Under the pieces are notes generated by a model. It saw only the letters and a program-made list of their open reading frames with translations, was not told the DNA's origin and did no database searches. This document shows positions 42,502 through 52,999 of a stretch of 64,000 nucleotides of DNA, piece by piece (position 1 is the first letter of the stretch; each line of letters starts with the position of its first letter). This stretch comes from an uncultured Verrucomicrobiae bacterium (GTDB lineage Bacteria; Verrucomicrobiota; Verrucomicrobiia; Chthoniobacterales; UBA10450). The stretch lies in assembly GCA_963772365.1 (NCBI GenBank), contig CAVYXA010000001.1, positions 352,001 to 416,000 on the forward strand, read 5' to 3'. A program made the position numbers and the translations under genes.

Positions 42502-43185
42502 TCAGGCTCTGGCGAATCGACGCGTCAAGCCAATCCCAATAATCGCTAAGCTCAGTAAAGACAGTGTGGCTCCAGTATCCGGAACGCCAGGAGCGTTGGT
42601 TAGGATATCAAGTTGGTTGATCGCAAAATCGTTCCCACCAAATATGTCGGTGGTCGAAAAGACAATTCGATAGATGTCCGCAGTTGTATCTTGCACACCT
42701 GCGAACACGGCAGAATTGTCGGCATTTCCACTAGCGACTCCGTTAAACGCGAACGAGCCCAAAAGGTTATTGAACTGATCATACGCGGAGATCGTGCCGG
42801 TGTATGCACCGTAGAAATCTGCCTGGACTTGAGCGCCAACGCCGTAAATACCGGTTGCGAAATCAATAATAATATCCCCTTGGCCAGTAGTATTCCAAAG
42901 CAAGTGGTCGCCAGGGGCGAAGTTGCCGGCCCAGCCCGAGCTTTGGTCAAGTCTCGTCATATCTAAGCCATTGCTGGAGCTGACGGTGGCACCCAACCCG
43001 CCATTGGAACTGGTGCTAGATGGGCTCGGGACTACGGTAAATTCGGGCCCGAGACTTCCCCAATCGATAAAGTCGTTACCAGCGAGCGCGGCCCGGCTTC
43101 CGACGAAGGAAAGCGCCTGCACTTGGGAAGCAAGCGCGACACACGCGAAAACTGCAGTGAGGAATCCTACAACCTGTTTCTTCAT
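42502..43185 (-). CDS. VPDSG-CTERM (PEP-CTERM variant) surface protein
   Basis: Signal peptide; C-terminal VPDTGATLSLLSLAIIGIGLTRRF. Confidence 0.85.
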   Translation of the reverse strand: MKKQVVGFLTAVFACVALASQVQALSFVGSRAALAGNDFIDWGSLGPEFTVVPSPSSTSSNGGLGATVSSSNGLDMTRLDQSSGWAGNFAPGDHLLWNTTGQGDIIIDFATGIYGVGAQVQADFYGAYTGTISAYDQFNNLLGSFAFNGVASGNADNSAVFAGVQDTTADIYRIVFSTTDIFGGNDFAINQLDILTNAPGVPDTGATLSLLSLAIIGIGLTRRFARA

Positions 43186-43526
43186 GGATTCGTTTCCTAG
43201 CAGATGGTGCGCCAGGCGTCGGCTATGCGTCGCAAGTTCCTCAGGTGAAAGGATAAAGAATTTTCGAGTGCAGCCTGAGTCGCCGCCTATCGGCGAAAAA
43301 TCGTAAATTACTCCGACACATTGCCTTCGTCCGGCTCAATGCGTTTCTCTTGAAATTGCCGGGTGCGAAACGAAAGCGCGAAGAAATGCGGATGGTGAAC
43401 CTGGTTGCCCAACGCGGGAGTGCTCGCTGGATGATTGCAACCATTCACGCGTTGGCCGGTACGAACGGTTGACTCAATCGCCCACACCGCTTCCCATTTC
43501 GCTGAGTTCCAATTACACTTGGCCGG

Positions 43527-45020
43527 ATGCAACTGAACGGGCAGGCACTTTCGCTCAAAGGGGTCGCGGCTGTGGCTCTCGGCGATGAGATCGTCGAGAT
43601 TTCAGCATCTGCGCAATCTCGGATTAAAGCTTCACGCGCGATCATCGACAAAATCGTCGAACGCGATGAAGTCGTTTACGGAGTTAACACCGGATTTGGT
43701 AAACTTTCCGAAGTCCGGATCCCGCACGGCGAGCTGCGTAATCTTCAACTGAATCTTGTCCGAAGTCATGCCTGCGGAATCGGCAATCCGCTCTCCGAGC
43801 CGGAGGTGCGCGCCATGATGTTGTTGCGGGCCAACGTGCTCTCGCTCGGGTTCAGCGGGGTCAGGATCGACATCGTCGAGATGCTTTGCCAGATGTTGAA
43901 CCACGCTGTCTCTCCAGTGATACCGGAAAAAGGATCGGTCGGTGCAAGTGGCGATCTCGCGCCTCTTGCGCATCTGGCATTGAGCATCATTGGCGAAGGC
44001 GAAGCTTTTCTCAAGGGCGAACGCATGCCGACCGCGGAAGCGTTGCAACGCGCCAAATTGAAGCCCGTGCAACTCGAAGCCAAAGAAGGCATCGCGTTGT
44101 TGAATGGCACTCAGGGCATGCACGCAGTCGGAGGATTGTCGATCTTGCGGGCGAAGCGACTGGCCGAGGTGGCAGATGTTTCCGGCGCGATGACCTTGGA
44201 GGCGCTCAAGGGCACGCCGGCGGCGTTTGATCCGCGATTGCATGATGCGCGACCGCATCCCGGACAGAAAGCAGTCGCGAAACATCTGCTATCACTTTTG
44301 GAAAACAGCGAGATTCGAGAGTCGCATCGGACGAACGATCCACGGGTGCAGGATGCGTATAGTTTGCGTTGCATGCCGCAGGTGCACGGAGCAGTTCGCG
44401 GCGCTCTGGAGCATTGCGAAAATATTTTGCTCATCGAATCGGCCTCCGCCACGGACAATCCGCTCGTCTTCACCAAGTCGGGCGACGTAATCTCGGCCGG
44501 AAATTTTCATGGCGCGCCGCTCGCCCTGTCGTTCGATTATGCTGCTATCGGGTTGACCGACCTCATGAGCATTAGCGAGCGGCGGATCGATCGCTTGGTT
44601 AATCCCGACAAAAATGAAGGCTTGCCTGCGTTTCTCGCCCGCAAGCCCGGCGTCGAATCCGGCTTCATGATCGCGCAAGTCGCCGCGGCCTCACTCGTAA
44701 ACGAAGCGCGCGTGCTCGCGCATCCGGCCAGCATCGACAACATCACCACTTCCGGCGGAAAGGAAGATCACGTTTCTATGGGAATGACCGCCGCGCTGAA
44801 ATTGCGATCGATAGTCGATCTTGCGGAAAATCTTTTCGCCATCGAACTCCTCACCGCTGCTGAAGGTTTGGAGCATCGACGACCGCTCAAAGCCGGCGTC
44901 GGCGTCGAGCGCGCTCACGCTGCCCTGCGTAAAATCGCGCCGCCGCTGACGAAAGATCGTGCGCTTTCGCAAGACATCATGCGTGTTGCCGAAGCAATTC
45001 GTCGTGGCGACTTCGATTAA
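43527..45020 (+). CDS. hutH: histidine ammonia-lyase
   Basis: YGVNTGFG, GASGDLAPL (MIO), QDAYSLRC, GNFHG, EDHVSMG. Confidence 0.95.
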   Translation: MQLNGQALSLKGVAAVALGDEIVEISASAQSRIKASRAIIDKIVERDEVVYGVNTGFGKLSEVRIPHGELRNLQLNLVRSHACGIGNPLSEPEVRAMMLLRANVLSLGFSGVRIDIVEMLCQMLNHAVSPVIPEKGSVGASGDLAPLAHLALSIIGEGEAFLKGERMPTAEALQRAKLKPVQLEAKEGIALLNGTQGMHAVGGLSILRAKRLAEVADVSGAMTLEALKGTPAAFDPRLHDARPHPGQKAVAKHLLSLLENSEIRESHRTNDPRVQDAYSLRCMPQVHGAVRGALEHCENILLIESASATDNPLVFTKSGDVISAGNFHGAPLALSFDYAAIGLTDLMSISERRIDRLVNPDKNEGLPAFLARKPGVESGFMIAQVAAASLVNEARVLAHPASIDNITTSGGKEDHVSMGMTAALKLRSIVDLAENLFAIELLTAAEGLEHRRPLKAGVGVERAHAALRKIAPPLTKDRALSQDIMRVAEAIRRGDFD

Positions 45021-45371
45021 GTAGCGGTGGTTTTCTGATCCCCGAGTTTTTAACAGAAGGAAACGAAGGAAATCAAGAATTTCGATTAATGCTTCGTTCA
45101 CTTCGCCCGCTCGCGAAAACTTTCGGAGTTGCCTTCTGTTTAGGTATTAACGATCGCGTGTGGATGATGTCTTGTGCGAAAAGCGGTGCGCGGACTCACC
45201 GCACTCCCAACTCCGAAGGAATTCGCGAGACCGCGCTGCGCGCAAAATATAGGAAAGCGTGTTGCCGTTTCGCGAAGCTTCGGAGTGCGACCGCGTCCTC
45301 GCGTCGCTTTCGACCGTAGCTGGAACCAAGCAAGTGATTGCTGAGCCCGGCGATTTTTGCATCATTAAAGC

Positions 45372-47114
45372 ATGAGCGAGAAACGAATGATCCGCGCGAC
45401 CCGCGGGAGTAAGCGCGTTTGCAAAGGCTGGCACCAGGAAGCGGCCATGCGGATGATCATGAACAATCTCGATCCGGATGTCGCCGAAGCGCCGGATCGC
45501 CTTGTGGTTTATGGCGGAACCGGGCGCGCCGCGAGAAGCTGGGAAGCATTCGATGCGATCGTGCGCTCGCTGCGGGAATTGGAAAATGATGAAACACTTC
45601 TCGTCCAATCCGGGAAACCGGTTGGCAAATTCCGGACGCACGATGAAGCTCCGCGCGTCCTGATCGCCAATTCGAATCTCGTCGGCCAATGGAGTAATTA
45701 TTCCGAGTTTAATCGCCTCGAGCGCCTTGGCCTGACCATGTATGGCCAGATGACCGCCGGCTCCTGGATTTATATCGGCAGTCAGGGGATCGTGCAGGGA
45801 ACATTCGAGACATTCGCCGCCGCAGGCGAGAAACATTTCGGTGGTTCACTCGAGGGTAAATTCGTTCTGACCGGCGGGCTCGGTGGAATGGGCGGGGCGC
45901 AACCGCTGGCAGCAACGATGAACGGCGCGATTTTTCTCGGCGTTGAAGTCGATCCGGCGCGAATCGAGAAGAGACTGAAAAGCGGTTATTGCGACAAGAT
46001 CGCGCGTTCACTCGATGAAGCTCTCAAGTTGATCGACAAAGCGCGGCAGGATCGACAACGGAGCCGGCGGGAGCCGAGCGACATAGACGGGACAGCCCGC
46101 GAGGGTTCAGGAGCCGGGAGGCGAGCGAATCAATCGCTTTCAGTCGGCCTCGTCGGAAATTGCGCCGATGTTTTGCCCGAGATCGTCAAGCGCGGGATCG
46201 TTCCGGATGTTCTTACAGATCAAACTAGCGCACACGACGCGTTGAATGGTTACGTGCCCAACGGGATGTCGCTGGAGGATGCGATCGCGTTGCGGGCAAA
46301 GAATCCGGACGAATACATTGAGCGCGCGATGGAGTCGATGGCGATCCACGTCGAAGCGATGCTCGCGCTGCAGAAGAAAGGCGCGATCACGTTCGATTAC
46401 GGAAACAACATCCGCGCGCAGGCACAGAAAGCGGGCGTCAAAAACGCATTCGATATTCCCGGGTTCGTTCCCCAATACATTCGCCCGTTGTTCTGCGAAG
46501 GGCGCGGCCCATTTCGTTGGGTCGCTTTGAGTGGGGAACCATCGGATATCGCGCGCACTGACAAACTCGCTCTCGAATTGTTCCCCAAGAATCAAACGCT
46601 GGCGCGCTGGATGAAACTGGCGAAGGAGAAAATCCAGTTCCAAGGTTTGCCGGCCCGGATTTGCTGGTTGGGCTACGGCGAGCGCGCCGAGTTTGGTGTG
46701 GCAATGAACGATTTAGTAAAACGCGGCGAAATCAAAGCGCCCATCGTGATCGGACGCGATCATCTGGATTCCGGCTCCGTCGCGTCGCCGAATCGCGAAA
46801 CGGAAGGAATGCTCGACGGTAGCGATGCCATCGCCGATTGGCCGTTGCTCAACGCGCTCATCAACACCGCTGCCGGTGCGTCATGGATTTCAATTCACAA
46901 TGGCGGTGGAGTGGGCATCGGTTATTCGCAGCACGCTGGAATGGTCGTCGTGGCCGACGGCAGCGAGAATTCCAAACGCCGATTAGAACGTGTTCTCACC
47001 AGCGACCCCGGGACTGGAATCCTCCGCCACGTCGATGCCGGTTATTCGCGGGCAATCGAATTTGCCTCGAAAAACAAGATCGACGTTCCAATGCGGCCCA
47101 AGCCGCGCGATTGA
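45372..47114 (+). CDS. hutU: urocanate hydratase
   Basis: [43 protein letters not shown]. Confidence 0.97.
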   Translation: MSEKRMIRATRGSKRVCKGWHQEAAMRMIMNNLDPDVAEAPDRLVVYGGTGRAARSWEAFDAIVRSLRELENDETLLVQSGKPVGKFRTHDEAPRVLIANSNLVGQWSNYSEFNRLERLGLTMYGQMTAGSWIYIGSQGIVQGTFETFAAAGEKHFGGSLEGKFVLTGGLGGMGGAQPLAATMNGAIFLGVEVDPARIEKRLKSGYCDKIARSLDEALKLIDKARQDRQRSRREPSDIDGTAREGSGAGRRANQSLSVGLVGNCADVLPEIVKRGIVPDVLTDQTSAHDALNGYVPNGMSLEDAIALRAKNPDEYIERAMESMAIHVEAMLALQKKGAITFDYGNNIRAQAQKAGVKNAFDIPGFVPQYIRPLFCEGRGPFRWVALSGEPSDIARTDKLALELFPKNQTLARWMKLAKEKIQFQGLPARICWLGYGERAEFGVAMNDLVKRGEIKAPIVIGRDHLDSGSVASPNRETEGMLDGSDAIADWPLLNALINTAAGASWISIHNGGGVGIGYSQHAGMVVVADGSENSKRRLERVLTSDPGTGILRHVDAGYSRAIEFASKNKIDVPMRPKPRD

Positions 47115-47359
47115 CGCCATAAACGATCTTGACGCGTATCACGATGGACTCTGGGTAGCGCACGCGTCTCGCGTGCTGGCAAACGCGTCCTCGCGGTTGC
47201 GAACTTTTCTTTAGCGCAAGAGCTCGTTAATGCATTTTGGCCGTGGGAAAGATCGTTTTGGCGCGATACCAAAATCGGCACGCGAAATTGCAGAAATGCT
47301 TCGCTTTCCAATGGCGTAAGTGCCAATTGACGGGTTTGCGTTAGTAGCCCCCAGCGCCG

Positions 47360-47782
47360 TTAGAATGGGCTGATAAGTGGAATTCTTCCGCGGCGATTCC
47401 GCCGGTAGGTGAGAAAATCGCGATCCGTCGTAAAAACGAGAGAGTTCCGTTCGGTCTCGATCATCCGGATAAGGCAGGCATCAGCGAACGACATTGGCAC
47501 GTTCCCATAGCGCTCCATATTGTCGAGAACTTCATCCCGATGATCGCAGAACGAAAAATCCGGATCGAGTCGAACAAGCTCATCCCTCAGGATCCCCGCG
47601 AGAGTTTTCGTTCCGTTGTGAACTGGCGCGAGAAGGAAGAACGCTTCGGAAATGACGGCTTCGCAGGTCACAAGTGGATGATGCAGGTGGGCGACTTGTC
47701 CTTTGGCCCATTCGTGATGGCTGTCCCGCCGGTCGAGCAATGCCACGATCGGTCCCGTATCAACGAGAACGCGACGCGCCAT
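47360..47782 (-). CDS. PIN-domain (VapC) toxin
   Basis: VLVDTGP, E.VISE, SFADAC, TTDRDF. Confidence 0.9.
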   Translation of the reverse strand: MARRVLVDTGPIVALLDRRDSHHEWAKGQVAHLHHPLVTCEAVISEAFFLLAPVHNGTKTLAGILRDELVRLDPDFSFCDHRDEVLDNMERYGNVPMSFADACLIRMIETERNSLVFTTDRDFLTYRRNRRGRIPLISPF

Positions 47783-47999
47783 ATCCTTTCATCCGCCCTT
47801 TGTTGGTAGAAAGATCGCCGGGGCCGGAAACTTTTCCAACGTAAGGCCGCATCGCATCCAGAAGCGAGCTGGAATTGCCGCCGGTCGCCGACGCGAGCGC
47901 TTCCCGGACGATTTCCGACTTGCTGCGCCTCGATCTGGTTGCAGCCGCTTCCAAGCGCGAGAATTCGGGCTTTGACAGTTTTACTGTGATCGTTGGCAT
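47760..47999 (-). CDS. CopG/RHH antitoxin
   Basis: TITVKL...L...A....RSKSEIVREAL; overlaps vapC. Confidence 0.8.
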   Translation of the reverse strand: MPTITVKLSKPEFSRLEAAATRSRRSKSEIVREALASATGGNSSSLLDAMRPYVGKVSGPGDLSTNKGRMKGYGASRSR

Positions 48000-48144
48000 A
48001 TCAGGAACGGTATTACCAAATCCGAGAAATGCAATACCATAGCCGGCATCGACAAATCCGAAATCGCAAAGTATCAACAATCTTGCGGCCGATGGCTCGG
48101 GCGGTGAAATTGCTTTTCCTGAGTAAACAGGATAAGACTTTGGC

Positions 48145-48375
48145 ATGAAGTTCACTCGCATCACCCTGAAGCCAACTCAGATGGGCGGGGTGCCCTGCAT
48201 TCGCGGCCTACGCATTCCGGTTGCCACGGTCGTGGACATGGTGGCTGATGGAATGATGCACGAGGAAATTCTTCGTGCCTATCCAGATCTGGAGGCCGAG
48301 GACATCGTTGAGGCGCTGCGGTTCGCAGCCGAATCCGTGCGCGAACGAGAGCTGCCACTACTGGCGCCTTCGTGA
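48145..48375 (+). CDS. DUF433 antitoxin-like protein
   Basis: [14 protein letters not shown]...YPDLEAEDI. Confidence 0.9.
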   Translation: MKFTRITLKPTQMGGVPCIRGLRIPVATVVDMVADGMMHEEILRAYPDLEAEDIVEALRFAAESVRERELPLLAPS

Positions 48376-48743
48376 AATTTCTCGTGGATAACGCGCTCTC
48401 GCCATTGCTCGCCGAGCGCTTGAGATCTGCCGAATATGACGCGGTTCACGTTCGGGATTACGAGTTACAGGGGGCAGACGATTTTGACATTTTCGAGCGG
48501 GCAAGAGCCGAAGATCGCGTTGTCATTTCCGCTGATACTGATTTCGGCGCGCTGCTGGCCGCATGGTCGCATAACAAACCATCGTTCATCCTCTTTCGGC
48601 GCGGAGCAGAACGGCGCCCTGAAAAGCAGATGGCTCTTTTGGCTGTCAATCTGCCTGGGATCGTCGAAGCATTGGACCGAGGCAGCGTAGTGGTTTTTGA
48701 GCAGGCGCGAATCCGTATTCGCGCTCTGCCCATTGGTGATTGA
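48372..48743 (+). CDS. DUF5615 PIN-like toxin
   Basis: [10 protein letters not shown]...DAVHV...ISADTDFG. Confidence 0.85.
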   Translation: MKFLVDNALSPLLAERLRSAEYDAVHVRDYELQGADDFDIFERARAEDRVVISADTDFGALLAAWSHNKPSFILFRRGAERRPEKQMALLAVNLPGIVEALDRGSVVVFEQARIRIRALPIGD

Positions 48744-48745
48744 GC

Positions 48746-50440
48746 ATGCAAAAGCTGATCGAGTGCGTGCCGAATTTTTCCGAAGGTCGCGATCGGAACG
48801 TGATCAAGCAGATTACAGGTGCCATCGAATCGGTGGAGGGCGTGTCACTGCTCGATGTCGATCCTGGCGCGAGCACCAATCGGACGGTGGTGACGTTTGT
48901 CGGAAGCCCGGACGCCGCGGTTGAGGCGGCGTTTCGCGGAATCAAAAAGGCGAGCGAGCTGATCGATATGCGCAAACACAAGGGCGCGCACCCGCGGATG
49001 GGGGCCACGGATGTTTGCCCGTTCATTCCGGTGAGCAACATCAGTTGGGATGAGGCGATCGCTTGCGCGAGCGAACTCGGGAAACGCGTCGGCGAAGAGT
49101 TGAAGATTCCGGTGTATTTTTACGAGCGCGCAGCGAAAGAGAAGGCGCGCTCGAATCTCTCGGTCATTCGCGCGGGCGAATACGAAGGCTTTTTCGAAAA
49201 AATCAAGCAGCCGGAATGGAAACCCGATTTCGGGCCGGCTACTTTCAATGAAAAATCGGGCGGGACGGTGATTGGCGCACGCGATTTCCTGGTCGCTTAT
49301 AATGTAAACCTGAACACAAAATCCGTTCGGCGCGCGAACTCGGTCGCGTTCGACGTGCGAGAGCAAGGTCGATATAAGACAGAAGAAGGCACGCCTACGG
49401 GCAAGAAAGTTCTCGATGCGCAAGGCGAACCGGTGCGAGTTCCGGGAATGCTGAAACACGTCAAGGCGATCGGTTGGTTTGTGAAGGAATACGGGATCGC
49501 GCAGGTCTCGATGAACTTGACCAACATTGAACAAACGCCGTTGCACGTCGCGTTCGACGCCTGCGTCGAGTCCGCGGCTAAACGCGGCATGCGTGTGACC
49601 GGCTCGGAGATCGTCGGGATGGTCCCGAAGAAATGTCTGGTCGATGCCGGGCGTTATTTTTTGCGGAAACAAAAATGGTCCGAAGGCGTGTCGGAGGAAG
49701 AATTGATCGATATGGCCATTCGCTCGATGGGCTTGAGCGAACTGAAACCTTTTGATCCGAAGGAAAAGGTGATTGAATTCAAGATCGGTCCGAGCCGGAC
49801 TGGCAATCATAAATCGCTGATGAAAATGAATCTTCGCGAATTTTGCAATGAAACATTGAGCGAATCGCCCGCGCCCGGCGGCGGATCTGTGGCGGCATTG
49901 ATGGGCGCGCTCGGTGCATCGCTGGGAGGAATGGTGGCGAATCTCTCCGCAGGAAAACGCGGCTGGGACGACAAGATCGAGTATTTCAGCGATTGGGCCG
50001 TGAAAGCGCAGCAACTGAAAGATGAATTGCTCTCGCTGGTTGATGAAGACACAGCGGCGTTTAACAAGGTGATAGACGCATTCGCGTTGCCCAAAGAATC
50101 CGCGGAGGAAAAATCTGCGCGGGCCGCAGCGATTGAAGAGGCGACCAAATACGCTGCCGAGGTTCCGCTCAAAGTGATGGAGACGTCGTTCAAGTCGTAC
50201 GAATTGCTATCAGACATGGCGGAGAAAGGAAATCCCGCGTCGGTTTCGGATGTCGGAGTTGGCGCGTTGGCCACGCGCGCCTGTATTGAAGGCGCGGCAT
50301 TGAATGTGCGAATCAATCTGGGACAACTGAAGGATCAACAATTCAAATCCGCGATGCTGAAGAAAGTTCAGCAACTCACGGCAGACTCCGAAGCGCGATT
50401 TAAAGAAATTCACCAAGCCGTAGAAAAGAAGCTGGGATAG
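48746..50440 (+). CDS. ftcD: glutamate formimidoyltransferase / cyclodeaminase
   Basis: ECVPNFSEGR, HPRMGATDVCPF, PAPGGGSVAA. Confidence 0.92.
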   Translation: MQKLIECVPNFSEGRDRNVIKQITGAIESVEGVSLLDVDPGASTNRTVVTFVGSPDAAVEAAFRGIKKASELIDMRKHKGAHPRMGATDVCPFIPVSNISWDEAIACASELGKRVGEELKIPVYFYERAAKEKARSNLSVIRAGEYEGFFEKIKQPEWKPDFGPATFNEKSGGTVIGARDFLVAYNVNLNTKSVRRANSVAFDVREQGRYKTEEGTPTGKKVLDAQGEPVRVPGMLKHVKAIGWFVKEYGIAQVSMNLTNIEQTPLHVAFDACVESAAKRGMRVTGSEIVGMVPKKCLVDAGRYFLRKQKWSEGVSEEELIDMAIRSMGLSELKPFDPKEKVIEFKIGPSRTGNHKSLMKMNLREFCNETLSESPAPGGGSVAALMGALGASLGGMVANLSAGKRGWDDKIEYFSDWAVKAQQLKDELLSLVDEDTAAFNKVIDAFALPKESAEEKSARAAAIEEATKYAAEVPLKVMETSFKSYELLSDMAEKGNPASVSDVGVGALATRACIEGAALNVRINLGQLKDQQFKSAMLKKVQQLTADSEARFKEIHQAVEKKLG

Positions 50441-50446
50441 GCTCCT

Positions 50447-50519
50447 TTGTAGCGGCGGTCTGTGACCGTCGCTGATCGAAGCCCAATAAGTTTGCGACGG
50501 TCACAGACCGCCGCTACAA
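50447..50519. repeat. REP doublet, perfect 26-bp inverted repeat
   Basis: ttgtagcggcggtctgtgaccgtcgc / gcgacggtcacagaccgccgctacaa. Confidence 0.85.
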
Positions 50520-50527
50520 GAACAGGC

Positions 50528-50764
50528 ATGAGCTCCCTCGCGATTCTTCACGCTTCGCAGCTAGTTTCACTGGCTGGTCCGAAACGAGCGCGCACGGCCA
50601 AGGAAATGTCCGAACTCGCCACTGTCCATAACGGCGGGATGCTGATTCGAGATGGGAGGATCGACATCGTTGGAACGAGCGATGAAATCGAAAAGCAGGC
50701 GGGCGACGCGAAGATTCTCGATGCGGGGCAATTGCGTGGTGTTGGCAATTTTGCTGGGACTTGA
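50528..50764 (+). pseudogene. truncated 5' copy of hutI
   Basis: MSSLAILHASQLVSLAGP...GGMLIRDG...SDEIE aligns with the N-terminus of 55720-57018; homology ends near 50728. Confidence 0.85.
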
Positions 50765-50782
50765 TCCGAGTTATCATTCACG

Positions 50783-51481
50783 ATGAGCACCGCGCATTTC
50801 GACTTGGCAACCTGGGTCATGCATGTTCGGATAGCTCTCGGTTCATTTCAGGAACTTGATGAACTGATTACCAATGCAGAAATTAGAAAACACCATTTGG
50901 ATCGAAGATGTCCAGTCGGGAACCGCCCACTGCGCAAAGGTCTGATTTCGGGACCCCAACTCGTTCGTGCGGCAACGGAAGGGTATTTGGATTCAGCGCA
51001 GGCGACGTATAGACGTCAAATGATTGTCGTAGCCGCTTCTTACTTCGAGGCCATTGTGAGCGACTTCTTTAAGCAGTTGTTTCTTCGACATCCACAGCAG
51101 ATGCATAGCGCAATTCGTACCGACAGCAATGCGGCGAAGGGTATGGTTTCGCTGCGCCAGATTCTTGATGCTAATTCTAAAGAAATGCTGCTCGACCGCC
51201 TCGCAGAGACCTGCTCGGCCGGACTATCCAGTTTACCGGTTCAAAAAATAGGGAAGCGTCTGGGAGAGCTCTCGACTGGTGGCTTCGGATCGGAATTAGA
51301 GGACCGCATTAAGTCGCTTCAAAATCATCGCCACCGGATAGTACACGCGAATGATAGAAACGTCGTTCCTGCGGAAGTTGTCCAATTAGCGTTTGAGACG
51401 ATTGAGCGATGTATGGAGCGCTTGGCGCATATTGCGGACGAAAGGGGGGTAAACGTTCGATGGAACGCTGTAACTGCGTGA
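50783..51481 (+). CDS. hypothetical protein with HEPN-like motif
   Basis: IV...SYFE N-terminal segment and RHRIVH (Rx4H). Confidence 0.6.
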   Translation: MSTAHFDLATWVMHVRIALGSFQELDELITNAEIRKHHLDRRCPVGNRPLRKGLISGPQLVRAATEGYLDSAQATYRRQMIVVAASYFEAIVSDFFKQLFLRHPQQMHSAIRTDSNAAKGMVSLRQILDANSKEMLLDRLAETCSAGLSSLPVQKIGKRLGELSTGGFGSELEDRIKSLQNHRHRIVHANDRNVVPAEVVQLAFETIERCMERLAHIADERGVNVRWNAVTA

Positions 51482-51493
51482 CCAAAATTCCAG

Positions 51494-52006
51494 GTGCAAC
51501 GCACGAGGGTATCGTCGGAATCGACATGTCGCAACACAAGTGATTTTAATTTTCGTGTAATGAAGGAAAGGAATTTGGCGCACGAGATATTTGAGCTCAT
51601 GCTCAACAGTCCGGGCAAAACTTTTGGCGAAGCAATCTCTGAATCGACTGGCGGCGTAAATCTCGTCGATGGCAAACAGACGTGGGAACTTGCCGAAAGT
51701 AAAAAAGACGACCTCGAAACCATGAAGAAATGCTGCGATACGGAATTGGCGACCTATGAGAAAGTGGGACTAGTGCCCGCCCCTTATTATTTTGAGCGAG
51801 TCGCAATCCTAGCGAGAAAGGCCAAGAACTTCCGAGAAGAAGTTGCTTGGTGCGAAAAATATATTGTTGTCGTCGCGGACTACTATCGCAGGAACAACAT
51901 CCCGGAAAATGAAGGTGTCAAAATGGGACCGAGATATCAGGCGATTGCCAAGCGGCTGCCCAAAGCGAGATTATTGCTCGCCAAGACCTCAACAGCACTT
52001 TCGTGA
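51494..52006 (+). CDS. hypothetical protein
   Basis: 170-aa ORF with APYYFER.AIL.RK; start uncertain. Confidence 0.55.
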   Translation: MQRTRVSSESTCRNTSDFNFRVMKERNLAHEIFELMLNSPGKTFGEAISESTGGVNLVDGKQTWELAESKKDDLETMKKCCDTELATYEKVGLVPAPYYFERVAILARKAKNFREEVAWCEKYIVVVADYYRRNNIPENEGVKMGPRYQAIAKRLPKARLLLAKTSTALS

Positions 52007-52014
52007 GTTCCCCT

Positions 52015-52926
52015 TCAACCGGCGCTTGAAGGGGCTGGTCCGACCAGCTTAGACCCTCGATCAAGACCCGCTTTCGCTCTCATTGCAAGCAACGCCCGAT
52101 TCGGTTTTCCCATCCACCGACGACCATTGGAGTTGCACAATCGCCATGGATTCGCACGCTCCCACTTGATGATGAGCTTTTCTTCACGAACAAGCGCTTC
52201 AACTTCGTCAAAGTGCCAGCTATCGATTTCGTAGCCGACTTCTTCCTCACGGGAGAGGATTTGTGCTATTGCGTTTAATTTTTTCCAGTTTGTATGGACT
52301 GGATGGTGCTGTTTAAAGACTTCGCGCTCGTGCGCGAAGATTCTCATTCCGTCGCCTTTCCCGATGTAAAACAGTCTTCCTTTCGCATCCCGAAGCACAT
52401 AAACATAGAAGCGCTGAGGGGGAGCAGTTAACATCGCGCGCAATTTCACCCGATCATAGTCGGTGGGTTCGCCAATCACGATGTCACACGCTGCATAGCG
52501 CGCGTACCGGTCCAGCCCGTCCCAATCTTTGGGAAGTGCTTCGGCTAAGCCGGCGGCCTTAAGACGTTTTGCTTCCTCAGCCGTGATCAGAAAAAAGCCC
52601 GCGTATTCGTAAAGAAGGCGCTGAAAGACCGGAGCACGATGATCAACCTCGGGAAGCTGAAGAAGGTCCCGTGCTAAGTGATTCCTCGGGATAGGCCAGT
52701 CAAGAACGTGGCTCTCGTGAGTATCCAACCGTGCTGCTCGCGAGCGCGGATGGCATGAATGGGATAGGCCGCCGTGCCGAAGTTCCCAGTATTCATGCAC
52801 AGCATCACTGACCAGCGCGCTCATAATCTCGTCCGCTCCTTCACTATGCAAAAGCTGTTGGGCACGCCTTACTGCGTCGATGATCGGCACGATTTTGTCT
52901 GAGAGATCAGGATATCGAATGAACAT
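52015..52926 (-). CDS. protein with C-terminal LEM-3-like GIY-YIG domain
   Basis: FYVYVLRD....FYIGKG...R...H ... EAL..E..LI ... L.N. Confidence 0.7.
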   Translation of the reverse strand: MFIRYPDLSDKIVPIIDAVRRAQQLLHSEGADEIMSALVSDAVHEYWELRHGGLSHSCHPRSRAARLDTHESHVLDWPIPRNHLARDLLQLPEVDHRAPVFQRLLYEYAGFFLITAEEAKRLKAAGLAEALPKDWDGLDRYARYAACDIVIGEPTDYDRVKLRAMLTAPPQRFYVYVLRDAKGRLFYIGKGDGMRIFAHEREVFKQHHPVHTNWKKLNAIAQILSREEEVGYEIDSWHFDEVEALVREEKLIIKWERANPWRLCNSNGRRWMGKPNRALLAMRAKAGLDRGSKLVGPAPSSAG

Positions 52927-52999
52927 GGACTATTCCTATCAAAATCGTCTGGTGGTTAGATTAAGTGCGCGTCCTCGCACAAGGGAGAGAGAGTTATAT

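Noticed and set aside
48746..50440. FTCD in place of HutG/HutF as a novelty
   Set aside because: Folate-dependent formiminoglutamate processing is already known in bacterial hut clusters.
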